A DNA stretch of 64,000 nt from NCBI GenBank assembly GCA_973895155.1, contig OZ316896.1:6774132-6838131 (forward strand). Direction: 5' to 3'. Under the pieces are notes generated by a model. That model was not told where the DNA came from and made no database searches. It was given only the letters and a program-made list of their open reading frames with translations. Below, piece after piece: positions 62,229-64,000 of the stretch (the first letter of the stretch is position 1; the number at the start of each line of letters is the position of its first letter). A program made the position numbers and the translations under genes. This DNA comes from Marsupella aquatica. Taxonomy: Eukaryota > Plantae > Marchantiophyta.

Positions 62229-64000
62229 TGTAGTTTGCCATAGAGAACCAAAAATCACATTTTAAAGTCTCCAAACTCGGTATTCGTTCCCTTTAAGAAC
62301 AAGATGGGGTTGGTTTGATGTAATAAACTAAAAACAAAGCTTTAAGCTCTTGTGTCACACATAGTAATCAATCTTGACTACTTTAATCAGGTACTTTGAA
62401 GATCGCTCCACAGCGGTGAGTAGTTTTTGATGATAACTCAACATCAGATAACCTTCAATTAAGCAAAAGATTGCAATTAACAAAACACAAGGAAAAATCT
62501 CTCAGAGTATGCTTAAGGGAGTCTGGAATAGACCAAGGTTACTCCTTAGACATAAGTAATAATGTAATGACTTTAAAGGAATCCAAATCCACACGGCTTT
62601 TCAGATCTAAACTGCATACTAGAGTATCCTTTTAAAATGCTGGCAACATGTCTTGACCTTTCTTCCTAAGTGATACTTAGTCAAGATCTAAAAGGATAAA
62701 TACTTCAGCATTTAGATGGTACTAAGCAACATGAAGGTGAAAACATCATTTCCAATGCAACTTAAACTCAATGAGTTAACTCTAAGAACTTGTGAGATTA
62801 CAATGTGTCACCAAAGCGGAATCTGACATTATAATTCACGAGATTCATAACTGAGGTTTTACTTCAAGTATTTGGGTTCCAAAATACAAGAAGGAGGTAA
62901 GTCTCTCCAAATGTTAAACCTGATCTCGAACTCATAGATTCATGATCAACTAGTTTAACACAAGGGAGAGGCAAAACTGCAAAACTTAACCATCTCTCTA
63001 CACTAGGGGAAGAGGTATAAATAGTGATGAACTACAGAATAAGAGGTCACAGGGTCGAAGAGACATGCCTCTTCATACCCCTCAAAATTTTAAAATGGCG
63101 ATTCAGTAAGTGAAAAGCCGGAAAAATGGCTAAGTATGAACTCTTAAACTCTTAAAAACTTAAACTCTTAAAAACGTAAAAACTTAAACTCTTAAACTCT
63201 TAATTTCGGTATACTAAAAATTGAGTAGATTCAACTATTTTTAACTTTCTACTCCTGGTTCGGAAAACTCTGAAATTTTTCCAGTAGGGTTTCCTAGGTA
63301 CAGACTACAGCCTAAAGAAGTATGACAGCTTCTAAAGCTCTACAACACATTTAGAAAAATTGGTAAAAGTACTATACTTTTCAATACTAGCTAAAAAGAT
63401 AGTCTCCTTCAAGCTTGTTGTCGAATATCATCGGGTTCGAGCAGCTCCACGTAGGTGACAGTCCGATTCTGTGTTACCTCCATCAGCTCAGTCTGACGTG
63501 GTGATCCTCGAGAGTAGGGTAGGCACCTTAGTTGTCTCTCAGGATACATCAAAGGCATTCGCTTCATCAAATAACAGGAATCTATACGAAGAGCTTCTCT
63601 GTATATCCCTAGTACATCATAGTTGTTGCAGGTGGCAGCATACACTTGAGGATAGTGATGCAGAAACTCATCACTATTCATCATCCTGGAATAGAAGGGT
63701 CGAAGTCTCCATTTGACATCTCTGAAATACCGGTTGAAGCTGGGCAGAGTTTGAGAGGTAAGGTGGAAGAGAAGTCAGTAATGAGCGCCTATGTCTTGCA
63801 TTCCTTCCCTTTCAAGGTGAGCTCTTCATCCGTTGTGGAGTCCCGTTGAACTAGTTGTAAGATGTCACGATCACAGAGTCGCCAAATCTTAAGGTGTAAC
63901 TCGTAAAGCAGTGAACTAGTAAACTCGTAAACTGAGTTTACTCGTAACTTAGGAACTTAGTAACTTTGAATGCTGTTTTAGTTACAGTTAGCAATAATTG
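62229..64000 (-). repeat. LTR 4 (runs off the window; predicted end 64071)
   Basis: Same sequence as the other LTRs. Confidence 0.88.

Larger units (their letters stand above)
47028..64000 (-). mobile_element. Tandem array (period 5067 bp) of a gag-only non-autonomous LTR retrotransposon with shared LTRs
   Basis: Units start tgtagtttgcc at 47028, 52095, 57162, 62229; all ORFs recur at +5067. Confidence 0.95.

Overview
Plant-type (TTTAGGG telomere motif, GT-AG introns) nested-transposon heterochromatin with no clear host gene; probably a non-seed plant or charophyte (inference). (1) Two inverted copies of one large CACTA/EnSpm family: copy 1 (<1-9064, +) has an apparently intact 3-exon, 1116-aa transposase, a TnpA-like gene and a 3' TIR; copy 2 (11473-33856, -) is decayed but keeps its 5' half, which carries cargo ORFs (Cys-rich ORF, EDM2-like PHD cluster, tandem Pol-lambda-like BRCT, F-box). 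(2) Several LINEs: one 5' half with 181-bp monomers and four 5'-truncated copies with hexamer tails, two of which carry (TTTAGGG)3-4 exactly at their 5' junction. (3) A 7.5-kb insertion with short direct subterminal repeats encoding a RING-H2 protein. (4) A decayed Ty3/gypsy pol with a C5 DNA methyltransferase domain upstream of RT-RNase H. (5) A second gypsy element with a long post-integrase ORF, an RPA1-like OB-fold remnant and a fold-back inversion. (6) A 5067-bp-period tandem array of a gag-only LTR element with shared 1843-bp LTRs and a tRNA-Asp PBS. All domain calls are from motif recognition by eye; no searches were run.
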